DNA of 64,000 nt from Dehalococcoidia bacterium (GCA_965242555.1 CBDESO010000012.1:330803-394802), one strand, 5' to 3'; positions 28,179-37,624 are shown, counted from the stretch's first letter. The notes: a model not told the origin generated them from the letters alone. Numbers and translations are program-made.

Positions 28179-28931
28179 ATGCGACTGCAAGGCAAAGTAG
28201 CCATCATCAGCGGCGGCGCTCGCGGACAGGGCGCCGCCGAGGCAAAAATGTTCGCCCGCGAGGGCGCAAAAGTCGTCTTCGGCGACATCCTAGACGAAGA
28301 CGGCAAAAAGATAGAGGCCGAAATCAACGAAACCGGCGGCGACGCCCTCTACCTCAACCTAGACGTCGCCAGCGAAACCGCATGGCAAAGCGCCGTGGAA
28401 ACCGCCGTCGCCCGCTACGGCAAAGTGGACATCCTAGTCAACAACGCCGGCATAGCCGTATGGTCAGCCGGCGACGACGCCACCGTCGAAGACTGGGACC
28501 GCCTTATGGACATCAACGCCAAGGGCGTATTCCTCGGCACAAAAGCCGTCATCCCCGAAATGCGTAAAGCCGGCGGCGGCTCAATCATCAACATCTCATC
28601 CATATCCGGCATCATCGGCCAAACCACCATCCACCCCGGCTACAACGCATCCAAAGGCGCTGTCCGCATCCTAACCAAATCCACCGCCATCCAATACGCC
28701 AAAGAGGGCATCCGCGCCAACTCAGTCCACCCAGGCCCAGTCATGACCGAAATGACCGCCCACGGCTGGCGCAACCCCCAAAACCGCGCCCTCACCGAAC
28801 AACGCACGCCCCTAGGCAGATACGCCGACCCCGACGAAATCGCCAGCGGCGTCCTATTCCTAGCCTCCGACGAATCCTCCTACATCACCGGCAGCGAACT
28901 CGTCATAGACGGCGGCGTAACCGCCCAATAA
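28179..28931 (+). CDS. SDR-family oxidoreductase (classical short-chain dehydrogenase)
   Basis: TGGARGQG cofactor motif, NNAG, catalytic S...YNASK and PGPVMT. Confidence 0.9.
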   Translation: MRLQGKVAIISGGARGQGAAEAKMFAREGAKVVFGDILDEDGKKIEAEINETGGDALYLNLDVASETAWQSAVETAVARYGKVDILVNNAGIAVWSAGDDATVEDWDRLMDINAKGVFLGTKAVIPEMRKAGGGSIINISSISGIIGQTTIHPGYNASKGAVRILTKSTAIQYAKEGIRANSVHPGPVMTEMTAHGWRNPQNRALTEQRTPLGRYADPDEIASGVLFLASDESSYITGSELVIDGGVTAQ

Positions 28932-29093
28932 CCAACCACCAGCCAACGGCCACAACGAAAATCGGAAAACCAAAACGGGAGGCGAGCCAACGGCGCTACC
29001 GCCGCAAACCCCGCCTCCCGCATCACACGCGAAAAGAATAACCACGAACCAGATGGGATTAGCCCGACTGATGTGGCTAGTTGATACGCCTAA

Positions 29094-29246
29094 TTGATAC
29101 GCCCACAAGACGCGCCCCAGCGCTCCAAGAAGATGATCGGCCGGATTGATGCGCCCACAAGACGCGCGCCAATAACGCCAAGAAGACGATCGGCTGGATT
29201 GATGCGCCCACAAGACGCGCCCAACACGCCAAGAACCCGTCGGCTG
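29094..29246. repeat. Tandem repeat, about 52-53 bp x 3
   Basis: ttgat(a/g)cgcccacaagacgcgc...gccaagaaga(t/c)gatcggc(c/t)gga starts at 29094, 29146 and 29199. It lies between the convergent SDR and CBS genes. Confidence 0.8.
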
Positions 29247-29249
29247 CGC

Positions 29250-29675
29250 CTACGCCGCCGCCAGATCCAAATCATCATCCATAATCAGCGTCGGCTCCCC
29301 ATCCTGCTCTATCGCCCGCGACAAATCCTCCGCGAACAGCAGCCCCGCCACACGCCCCTCGCCATCCACCACCGGCATATGCCCCACCTCGGCATCCATC
29401 ATCGCCAGCAGCGCCTCACCCGCGCCCGTATGCAGGCCCGCCGTCTCGCTCAACAGCGTCATATGCCGATACACATGGCACTGCCACGAAATATGCCCGT
29501 CTATCAGACACCCCAGCGCCATATCGCGCTCCGTGATAATCCCAACCGGCGCGCCGCCCTCCGTAACCACAAGACACCCCGTATTCCTATCCCGCATCAA
29601 CGCCGCCGCGTCGGCCACCGTGGTATCTATATCAACCACCGTAACATCATTGCTCATCAAATCCGCCGCGTTCAT
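29250..29675 (-). CDS. CBS-domain pair protein
   Basis: ATG at 29675 follows AGGGG. It contains two CBS repeats (..DVTVVDIDTTVADAAALMRDRNTGCLVVTEGGAPVGIITERD.. and ..ALLAMMDAEVGHMPVVDGEGRVAGLLFAEDL..). Confidence 0.8.
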   Translation of the reverse strand: MNAADLMSNDVTVVDIDTTVADAAALMRDRNTGCLVVTEGGAPVGIITERDMALGCLIDGHISWQCHVYRHMTLLSETAGLHTGAGEALLAMMDAEVGHMPVVDGEGRVAGLLFAEDLSRAIEQDGEPTLIMDDDLDLAAA

Positions 29676-29753
29676 AATCGCCCCTTTCGCCTTGACCTCG
29701 CGCCCTGTCCCGCCTGACCCTGCGCCCCGTCTATACATAACATACCACTACAT

Positions 29754-29769
29754 TGTGAACCCCATCACA
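29754..29769. promoter_or_regulatory. Perfect CRP/FNR-type palindrome TGTGA-N6-TCACA
   Basis: TGTGAaccccaTCACA lies about 80 bp upstream of the CBS gene start, in the divergent CBS/pyrG intergenic region. Confidence 0.3.
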
Positions 29770-29947
29770 ATCATTGCCCAATGTTTAGTATTGCCTCCAC
29801 GAATACTGATGTCCCGCCTATCGCCGCCCTGCGCCCCCTGCCAACGCCCCGCCAACGCAAGATCGGCGGCATACGATTGGCGCGCGATTGCCCCAAACCA
29901 TTCCCGCAAACGCCCAATGCGCCCAACACAACGCTTGAATTGTGATT

Positions 29948-29997
29948 GAAATTGTGATTGACTTGCCCCGCCATTATGCGGTAATCTTGTTCGCATA
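29948..29997 (+). promoter_or_regulatory. Exact tandem 12-mer (AATTGTGATTGA x2) overlapping a TTGACT-18-TAATCT promoter upstream of pyrG
   Basis: 12-mers at 29948..29959 and 29960..29971. TTGACT at 29968..29973 and TAATCT at 29992..29997. The pyrG ATG is at 30057. Confidence 0.4.
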
Positions 29998-30056
29998 CTC
30001 CCAACCACGCGGTAGCCCCGACCCGCCGCGTCAGCCGGCCCAAATAGTGTGACCCC

Positions 30057-31745
30057 ATGACCAAGTTCGTTTTCGTAACCGGCGGCGTCGTCAGCTCCGT
30101 CGGCAAAGGCATTACCGTCGCCTCGCTAGGACGCGTCCTCAAAAGCAGAGGCGTCTCAGTCTCAGTCCTAAAACTCGACCCCTACCTAAACGTCGACCCC
30201 GGCACAATGTCCCCCTACCAGCACGGCGAAGTATTCGTCACCCGCGACGGCAGCGAAACCGACCTTGACCTCGGCCACTACGAGCGCTTCATCGACGTAG
30301 AACTCACCCGCGCATCCAACCTCACCGCCGGCCAAATCTACCGCGACATCATCTCCCGCGAGCGCCAGGGCGACTTCCTAGGCGGCACAATCCAAACCGT
30401 CCCCCACGTCACAGACGCCATCAAGCGCCACATGCTCAGCCTAGCCGAAACCAGCCGCGCCGCCGTCATCATCACCGAAGTCGGCGGCACCGTCGGCGAC
30501 ATCGAAGGACTGCCCTTCCTAGAGGCAATCCGCCAAATGCGAAACGAAGTCGGCAGAGACAACGTCTGCTACATCCACCTCACATTCCTACCCTTCATCA
30601 CCGCCACCGGCGAACTCAAAACCAAACCCACCCAGCACAGCGTCCGCGAACTCCGCAGCATCGGCATCCAGCCCGACGCCATCCTCTGCCGCTCCGACCA
30701 AGAAGTCCACGACGACATCAAACGCAAAATCAGCGTCCACTGCGACGTCCCCCTGCAAGGCGTCATCACCCTCCCCACCGTCGAAACCGTGTACGAAGTC
30801 CCCCTAATCCTAGAAGAGCAAGGCCTCGGCGACCTAATCATCAGCGCCCTCCGAATGAAAGGCGCCCCCCGCGACCTATCCGACTGGCGCAGCCTAGTCC
30901 ACGCCATCAAAGCCCCCAAGCAAACACTCCCCATAGCCGTCGTCGGCAAATACGTCGACCTCCAAGACTCCTACATATCCGTCAAAGAATCCCTTATGCA
31001 CGCCGGTATGGCGCGCGACATAGACATAGACGTCCGCTGGATCCGCTCCGAAGACATAGAGCGCGAGGGCGCGGATAACCTGCTAAACGACGCGCGCGGC
31101 ATCGTCGTCCCCGGCGGCTTCGGCAACCGCGGCGTAGAGGGAATGATCCAAACCGCCAACTACGCCCGCGCCCAAAAAATACCCTACCTAGGACTATGCC
31201 TAGGCCTCCAAGTTATGGTCATCGAAATCGCCCGCAACGCCCTCGGCGAACCCGACGCCAACTCCACCGAATTCGCCCCCGAAACCTCATCCCCCGTCAT
31301 TGACATTATGCCCGAACAGCGCGCCATAACCCAATTGGGCGGCACAATGCGGCTAGGCGAATACCCCTGCGACCTAATCCCTGATAGCAAAGCCCGCGCC
31401 GCTTACGGCGTCCCCTCAGTCGACGAGCGCCACCGCCACCGCTTCGAATTCAACAACGCCTACCGCGAGCGATTCCAAGACGCCGGCCTCTGGCCCACCG
31501 GCATATCCCCCAACGGCAAACTCGTAGAAATTATGGAACTCCAACCCGACCGACACCCATTCATGCTCGGCGTCCAATTCCACCCCGAATTCCGCTCCCG
31601 CCCCAACAGACCGCACCCGCTCTTCAAAGACTTCATCACAGCCGCCGCCGCCACCCTCCGCGAAGGCGGCCAACACACCCTACTACCCATAACCCCCGCC
31701 GCCGCCACAAACCAACCCGTCAACGGCAACAACCCCCTGCCCTAA
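30057..31745 (+). CDS. pyrG: CTP synthase
   Basis: MTKFVFVTGGVVSSVGKGI N-terminus, and the glutamine amidotransferase domain GLCLGLQ with HRHRFEFN. Confidence 0.96.
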   Translation: MTKFVFVTGGVVSSVGKGITVASLGRVLKSRGVSVSVLKLDPYLNVDPGTMSPYQHGEVFVTRDGSETDLDLGHYERFIDVELTRASNLTAGQIYRDIISRERQGDFLGGTIQTVPHVTDAIKRHMLSLAETSRAAVIITEVGGTVGDIEGLPFLEAIRQMRNEVGRDNVCYIHLTFLPFITATGELKTKPTQHSVRELRSIGIQPDAILCRSDQEVHDDIKRKISVHCDVPLQGVITLPTVETVYEVPLILEEQGLGDLIISALRMKGAPRDLSDWRSLVHAIKAPKQTLPIAVVGKYVDLQDSYISVKESLMHAGMARDIDIDVRWIRSEDIEREGADNLLNDARGIVVPGGFGNRGVEGMIQTANYARAQKIPYLGLCLGLQVMVIEIARNALGEPDANSTEFAPETSSPVIDIMPEQRAITQLGGTMRLGEYPCDLIPDSKARAAYGVPSVDERHRHRFEFNNAYRERFQDAGLWPTGISPNGKLVEIMELQPDRHPFMLGVQFHPEFRSRPNRPHPLFKDFITAAAATLREGGQHTLLPITPAAATNQPVNGNNPLP

Positions 31746-31846
31746 TCCCCGAACCTATGATATGCTAACACCCACAACCCGAAACCCTGCCCCAATACGA
31801 TTGCCGCTTGACACATATGATACAATGGCGAAGAGGTGATTAAACC

Positions 31847-32161
31847 ATGGCAACTGATATGCAAGAAGATACGCCAGGACGCGTAGAGACATCTGCCACT
31901 ACCCATGGAGGAACAGATATAGATGGACTTATGCAGATTTTGTTCCAACAGCAGTTGGAGCAAGGTCGCCAGGCAAGAGAAGATTGGCGCGCTATAAGAG
32001 AAAATTGGTGCGCTATAAGAGAAGAGCGGCGCACTATGAACGCGCAAATGGATCAACTTATTAAACGGCTTGATAGGCTTTTCTACCTAGTGGTAGGATT
32101 CGGCAGCGCCTCGCTAGCAGGCTTGATTGCCATTCTCATCAAGCTCTTCCTTGATGGCTAA
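31847..32161 (+). CDS. Small coiled-coil protein with a C-terminal TM anchor (hypothetical)
   Basis: ATG follows AGAGGTGA. The region is locally low in GC. There is an internal 21-bp tandem repeat at 31983..32024 (EDWRAIRENWCAIRE), and the C-terminus is FYLVVGFGSASLAGLIAILIKLF. Confidence 0.45.
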   Translation: MATDMQEDTPGRVETSATTHGGTDIDGLMQILFQQQLEQGRQAREDWRAIRENWCAIREERRTMNAQMDQLIKRLDRLFYLVVGFGSASLAGLIAILIKLFLDG

Positions 32162-32499
32162 CGGCCTGGCTAGGATTGCGGCATGACTGAGATCATTGAG
32201 ATTAAGGCAAATCGCCCCCAAAACCCACCCCAACATTTCCCTACCTCACCCGCATATGCTATAATCACTCTTGCGCCCCAAGCGCATCTCCCTGCCATCG
32301 CACCCGGACCCAACCCCGTCTAAGCTCAGCCCAGCGCTTCAGCCCTCCGGCGAGGACGTACCTTGGACGCTCAAACATCTCCCATCCACCGCCCGCAATA
32401 GCGCATCGCAATAGCGCCCCTCGCGCCCGCTTGCGCCGCCAATCCCCAATTCCCAACCCATCAAACCCTACCTAAACGCCTGCGCGCATGGAGCGTACA

Positions 32500-33768
32500 A
32501 TGAACCTATCCGAACTCCAAAACCTCAACAACGACGAACTCTTCAAACTCGCCCAAGAACTCGGCGTCCTAGACAACGGCTCTATGCCCCGCCGCCAAGA
32601 AATGATGTCCAGAGTCCTCGCCAACATGTCCGACAAAAACGGCAACCTCAAAGCCAGCGGCATACTCAACATCCTAAACGACGGCTACGGCTTCCTCCGC
32701 CAAACCGGCGACAGCGTCGGCAGCAACAACGACGTCTACGTCTCACAATCCCAAATCCGCCGCTTCAGCCTCCGCACCGGCGACCACGTCAGCGGCCAAG
32801 TCCGCCCCCCCAAAGACGGCGAGCGCTACTTCGGCCTAGTCCGCGTCGAAGAAGTCAACGAAACCATCCCCGACCGCACACGCCGCCGCCGACACTTCGA
32901 ATCCCTCACCGCCATATTCCCCACCCAGCAAATCGCCCTAGAAACCGCCAAAGGCATCGTATCCACCCGCCTCATAGACATGCTCTCACCCGTCGGCAGA
33001 GGCCAGCGCGGCCTAATCGTCGCCCCCCCCAAAGCCGGCAAAACCACCCTCCTCAAACAAATCGCAGACGGCATCACCGCCAACGCCCCCGACATCACCA
33101 TCATGGTCGCCCTAATCGGCGAGCGCCCCGAAGAAGTCACCGACGTCAACCGCTCCGTCAAAGGCGAAGTCTATAGCTCCACCTTCGACGAACCCGTCGA
33201 AGACCACTGCCGCGTAGCCGAAATGGTACTGGAACGCGCCAAACGCCTAGTCGAAAGCGGACGCGACGTCGTCATCCTCCTAGACAGCATCACCCGCCTA
33301 ACCCGCGCCTACAACCTCGCCGTCCCCAGCAGCGGCCGAACACTCTCCGGCGGCATGGACCCCGTAGCCCTATACCCCCCCAAACGATTCTTCGGCGCCG
33401 CCCGCAACACCGAAGAAGGCGGCAGCCTCACCATCCTCGCCGCCTGCCTCATAGACACCGGCAGCCGCCTAGACGACCTAGTCTATGAAGAATTCAAAGG
33501 CACCGGCAACATGGAAGTCCACCTAGACCGCCGCCTAGCCGACCGCCGCGTATTCCCCGCCATAGACATAGAACGCAGCGGCACCCGCCGCGAAGAACTC
33601 CTCCTAGACGAACCCACCCTCCGCAAAGTCTGGCTAATGCGCCGAATGGTCGGCATGGCAACCACCTCCGGCGACAGCAACCACATCGAAGTAATGGAAA
33701 ACATCCAAGAACGCGTCCGCCGCACCAAATCCAACCGCGAATTCCTAGCCACCCTAACCCAACAATAA
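32500..33768 (+). CDS. rho: Transcription termination factor Rho
   Basis: N-terminal [25 protein letters not shown]-binding GFLR, Walker [12 protein letters not shown], and [15 protein letters not shown] at 32500 has GGAG 6 nt upstream; the alternative ATG is at 32488. Confidence 0.96.
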   Translation: MNLSELQNLNNDELFKLAQELGVLDNGSMPRRQEMMSRVLANMSDKNGNLKASGILNILNDGYGFLRQTGDSVGSNNDVYVSQSQIRRFSLRTGDHVSGQVRPPKDGERYFGLVRVEEVNETIPDRTRRRRHFESLTAIFPTQQIALETAKGIVSTRLIDMLSPVGRGQRGLIVAPPKAGKTTLLKQIADGITANAPDITIMVALIGERPEEVTDVNRSVKGEVYSSTFDEPVEDHCRVAEMVLERAKRLVESGRDVVILLDSITRLTRAYNLAVPSSGRTLSGGMDPVALYPPKRFFGAARNTEEGGSLTILAACLIDTGSRLDDLVYEEFKGTGNMEVHLDRRLADRRVFPAIDIERSGTRREELLLDEPTLRKVWLMRRMVGMATTSGDSNHIEVMENIQERVRRTKSNREFLATLTQQ

Positions 33769-33785
33769 CCCCGCCAAGCCCACAC

Positions 33786-36626
33786 TCACCGCCCCACAGC
33801 GAACTCCACCCCCCACACCCTACCCTCCCCGCCAACAAACTGCCCCGTCCGGACGCGCTCCACCCCATACCCCGGCAACCCACGCTCAACCACGCATATA
33901 TCGCCTATGCGCGCCCCGTATTCAGCGAATTCAAAGTCCATATTGACAAACCCGCGCCCGCGCCAGGCCGCCGGCAAGTCGGCGAGATCACTGGGAATTA
34001 TATGCAGAAAGAACCGCGCGTCCACATCGCCCGCCGCGCAGTTTTCCTTGAGATACGCCAAGCTATCCCCGCGCAGATACACATCGAAGTCAGACTTAGC
34101 GACGGGTTGCCCGTAGTCGCCGGCTGTGATACCGGCATACACCGCTTGCGCCGCGACGTGGGCGGCCGGGTCAAATTCAGCGCTCCACACGACGCCCTCC
34201 CCACCAACAAACTGCCCCGTATGGACGCGCTCTATCCCATAACCCGGCAACTCGCGCGCCGCCACGCAATCATCGCCCACATACGCGCCGTATTCGGCAA
34301 ACCCAAAATCCAAGTTCTCAAACCCGCGCTCGCGCCAGACCGCCGGCAGATCGACAGGATCAACGGGAACTATGTGCAAAAAGAACCGCGCGTCCACATC
34401 CCCCGCCTCGCAGTCCTCTTTCAGATACGCCAGCGCGCCGCCGCGCATATACACATCAAAGCCCGACCGCGCCACCGGCTGCCCGTACTCCCCTGCCGCG
34501 ATGCTATCGTACACCGCTTGCGCCGCCGCGCGGGCCGCCAAGTCAATGTCCGCGCTCCACCCATCGCCGCCAAGCTCCGCCGCGCTCTGTCCAGTGCGGA
34601 TGCGACCTATGGCATATTCTAGCAAGGGCTGTCTGTGGATGCACTTGCCCTCAAAAAAGACGTCGGTATGCGCGTCCAACCGGAAGTCCAAATTCTCAAA
34701 GCCATGCTCCCGCCTGTCCGACGGCAAGTTGGCGGGATCTACGGGGACGATGTGCAGGAAGAATCGCATCCTAGATCCGTTTGACGATAGCGGCGCGCAG
34801 TCCTCGCCGAGATAGTAGAGCGCGTCGTCATAAAGGTAGACATCGAATGCCGAGCGCGTCAGAAGAGTTCCATTCGCCTCGATATCTTCGTATGCCGCGC
34901 GGTAGGCGGCCGCCTTATTTGGCGCAATGATGTACGCGATGGCGTTGCCATAGGCGTTGATGGCGTAAATAGGCGGCTGCTCCAGCATGCTCAAGACGTT
35001 TATGCGCGGGTGAAAATAAAACTCGGATCCTCCGATACTTTTCCTGATCTGCTTGTTATGCCTGGCTTCGACAAACAGATAAAAATCCGCCATGTGCGGG
35101 CTGGTCAAACTTATGATGCGTTCCCGATCCTCCAAGGGAAGGATTGGCTCGCTTCGCCATACTCGCAACACGCGCAGAGTGTCATCCGGGTAGCGCGCCA
35201 GCAGATATTCCAGCAGTTGCCGGTGCGTCATCACCCAGTAGTCCATATCGTACCGCTCGCCAAGCGCGCCGGGCGTCTTGGTATCCACAAGCCCATTGAA
35301 ATACACCTGCTGGTTCGGATGCAGCGCCGCCATAGCCGTCAGCGTGGTTATCAGCCCAACGCCCGCCGCGCCGTATGCCAACCCCCGCCGCGCCATATGC
35401 AAGCGCCCGCAACCGCGAATCCGGCCGGGCAGCCGATCTCCAACTTTCCAAATACCCCCCCCCATACGAATGTTCGTAATTGTATGCAAGCCAACCGCCG
35501 CAAGCAAGCAAAACGGCGCCCACAAGAAATACATATGCCGCCAGCCGTTGTGAATGTTGGATTGCAGCGCGATGAGCGCCACGACAGGCAGCGCAAAGCA
35601 GCCTAGCAGCATTATCCGAAAGCGGGTTTCGCGGTCGCGGAGGGCGTGTAGAGGGCGCGTGATTGTCTGCCAACTGACTGCAGCCGCGCCTAACGCGCCC
35701 AGCGCCAGCGCCATCGGCGGCGCGGTTATCGCAAACCACGCCGGTATGTAATTCCACGGCGCGGCGTCAGATCTGTATAGCTCGCCCATAAACAAATTAT
35801 CTACAATGTAGGGATGCTGGGACAGTACGCGGATGCCCTCAACGAACCGCAGCGGGTTTTCCCAATAGTACGGGTGAATGATGTACAGCGTCGCCGCCGC
35901 CGCCGCCGTGAATATCCCCGCCGACGCTAATATACGCTTGCGCTTCCCCCCGGCCGCCTGCCAAAGATCTATCCCGCGCATACCGAGTATCATCGGCAAC
36001 AGCATCAGTCCGAAAGGGCGCAGATCTATCGCCAAGCCAACCCCTACGCCGCATATCAAAAACGCGCCGAGCGTATCCCTGCGAAACGCGCGGTGAGCAA
36101 GATACAGCGCGATGACCATCAGCGCCGCGAAAGGAATGTCCTTGCTGTTAAAAAACGAATGCGCGTACAAGCGCGGATGCAGCAGAAACATCAACATAGC
36201 CAACAACGCCACCCACCTGTTGCCCAGCATCCGATAGGCGAGCATCCCGCAAGCAAAGCCGCCCGCTATAAAGAACAGGTGGGTAAGCAGGTGGCGCGTC
36301 AGGTAGATATGGCGGCTGTCTTGCAGTCCGAGCGCGCGCTCAGCCAACAGCAGCGGCATCTCAATCACTAGGCCGTAGTAGCTGATATCGAAGCGGGCCG
36401 GCTTTGAGTCGGCGCCCACGTCGTACTCATACAATCCCAGGATGTAGTCGGCGTTGGCGCGGGCGATCCCCCGCTGCTTAGCCTCGTCCACGCCTAGCCC
36501 GTAATCGTCCACCACGCCCACGCCCAAAACCGCAAACACCGCGCACGCCACAGCCGCCCACGCCCAAAACGGCGCGCGCCGCAACGCGGCTAGGCGGAAT
36601 AGCGTGAATTGGGATAGCATAGGCAT
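33786..36626 (-). CDS. GT39/ArnT-PMT-like membrane glycosyltransferase with three C-terminal ~125-aa repeat modules
   Basis: About 12 TM helices, a DE-containing first loop (VDDYGLGVDEAKQ) and a PMT_2-like core. The C-terminus carries 3x FDVY(L/M)..LAYLKE.C..DVDARFFLHI.P.D..DLP..WR.RGFEN.DF.. modules. The start is probably ATG at 36626 or 36620 rather than TTG at 36680. Confidence 0.65.
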   Translation of the reverse strand: MPMLSQFTLFRLAALRRAPFWAWAAVACAVFAVLGVGVVDDYGLGVDEAKQRGIARANADYILGLYEYDVGADSKPARFDISYYGLVIEMPLLLAERALGLQDSRHIYLTRHLLTHLFFIAGGFACGMLAYRMLGNRWVALLAMLMFLLHPRLYAHSFFNSKDIPFAALMVIALYLAHRAFRRDTLGAFLICGVGVGLAIDLRPFGLMLLPMILGMRGIDLWQAAGGKRKRILASAGIFTAAAAATLYIIHPYYWENPLRFVEGIRVLSQHPYIVDNLFMGELYRSDAAPWNYIPAWFAITAPPMALALGALGAAAVSWQTITRPLHALRDRETRFRIMLLGCFALPVVALIALQSNIHNGWRHMYFLWAPFCLLAAVGLHTITNIRMGGGIWKVGDRLPGRIRGCGRLHMARRGLAYGAAGVGLITTLTAMAALHPNQQVYFNGLVDTKTPGALGERYDMDYWVMTHRQLLEYLLARYPDDTLRVLRVWRSEPILPLEDRERIISLTSPHMADFYLFVEARHNKQIRKSIGGSEFYFHPRINVLSMLEQPPIYAINAYGNAIAYIIAPNKAAAYRAAYEDIEANGTLLTRSAFDVYLYDDALYYLGEDCAPLSSNGSRMRFFLHIVPVDPANLPSDRREHGFENLDFRLDAHTDVFFEGKCIHRQPLLEYAIGRIRTGQSAAELGGDGWSADIDLAARAAAQAVYDSIAAGEYGQPVARSGFDVYMRGGALAYLKEDCEAGDVDARFFLHIVPVDPVDLPAVWRERGFENLDFGFAEYGAYVGDDCVAARELPGYGIERVHTGQFVGGEGVVWSAEFDPAAHVAAQAVYAGITAGDYGQPVAKSDFDVYLRGDSLAYLKENCAAGDVDARFFLHIIPSDLADLPAAWRGRGFVNMDFEFAEYGARIGDICVVERGLPGYGVERVRTGQFVGGEGRVWGVEFAVGR

Positions 36627-36778
36627 CACGTGGGGAATTATACCAATCTCAGCGCAACGGCGGGCAACGTTCCAATTCAAGCGGCTTAATACGCCTAATC
36701 TCTACAGCCGTTTGGACAGCATTCCCACCCCCACCCTAACCCGCCGGCAACAACCCGCCAACAGCGACAAGCGGCAAC

Positions 36779-37405
36779 CTAACCCACCCTCAACCCCACC
36801 ACCTGCATATCCCGCGGCAAACTCGTAGCCGTCACACTCAACCGCCCCTGCCCCTCCCCCGCATCCCCAACCCCCAACTCCCGCAACAACCGCGCCAGCG
36901 GCAACAACCCGCTACCATCATCAGCCCCCTCCACCGCATACCGCACCGGCACAACAATCCGCGGACCAACCTGATTCACCACCTGCGCCGCCAACTCCAC
37001 CGCCAACCTATCCCCCCCCGCCTCCACCACCACCACATCCGGCTGCCCAATCTCCTGCGCCTGACGCGGCGTCAGCGCCCCCCCAATCGCCCCCAAATGA
37101 CACACGCTCACACCCTCAGCCCGCAAAGTGAACGCCGTATTCACCCGCCGCTCCTCGCCATCGCCCGCTCGCCCGGCCGTAGCCGTCCCCACCACATAAA
37201 AATCCCCTATCTCATACTCCCCAGGCCCACGCAAAACCCGCGCCCCCTCAGCCACAACCACGCGCCCAACATCCCCCCCGCTCAGCGTCACAATATCCGC
37301 CCCCTCATACACGCCCGCGCTCCCTCCGCCATCCGCATCCATCACCACCACCGCATCCCCCGACCGCACCCGCACAGCCGACCCGCCCAGCCAAACTATA
37401 TCCAT
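36779..37405 (-). CDS. Beta-lactamase-fold (Lactamase_B_3-like) protein with no evident HxHxDH motif
   Basis: MDIVWLGGSAVRVRSGDAVVVMD.. resembles UPF0173-type MBL-fold proteins. The position that normally carries SHxHxDH reads TLSGGDVG. Confidence 0.5.
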   Translation of the reverse strand: MDIVWLGGSAVRVRSGDAVVVMDADGGGSAGVYEGADIVTLSGGDVGRVVVAEGARVLRGPGEYEIGDFYVVGTATAGRAGDGEERRVNTAFTLRAEGVSVCHLGAIGGALTPRQAQEIGQPDVVVVEAGGDRLAVELAAQVVNQVGPRIVVPVRYAVEGADDGSGLLPLARLLRELGVGDAGEGQGRLSVTATSLPRDMQVVGLRVG

Positions 37406-37546
37406 ATCGCCCCATCCTTTCGCTTGCAACTCGCCGCCAACGCCGCGCCCTTAATAATACAACGCCCCTACCGCCGCAAGTAACCCTAATTGAACCCAAG
37501 CAGCCCCTATCGCTGCGAACCACCACGCCCAAAACCACGCCCGCCT

Positions 37547-37574
37547 TTGACAAATCCCCAATCACGAGTATAAT
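37547..37574 (+). promoter_or_regulatory. Promoter TTGACA-16-TATAAT
   Basis: Consensus hexamers lie about 50 nt upstream of the hydroxy-acid oxidase start. Confidence 0.55.
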
Positions 37575-37624
37575 TCGCGCGGGTAAAACCCCATACCAAC
37601 ACCTAGCCGGGAGGGATGTCGCAC

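Noticed and set aside
32266-32499. C-rich rho leader as a specific rut-type autoregulatory site
   Set aside because: The leader is visibly C-rich and G-poor and follows an extended -10 (TGcTATAAT, 32257..32265). However, the entire plus strand of this region is C-rich because of the strand asymmetry, so the composition is not specific evidence.
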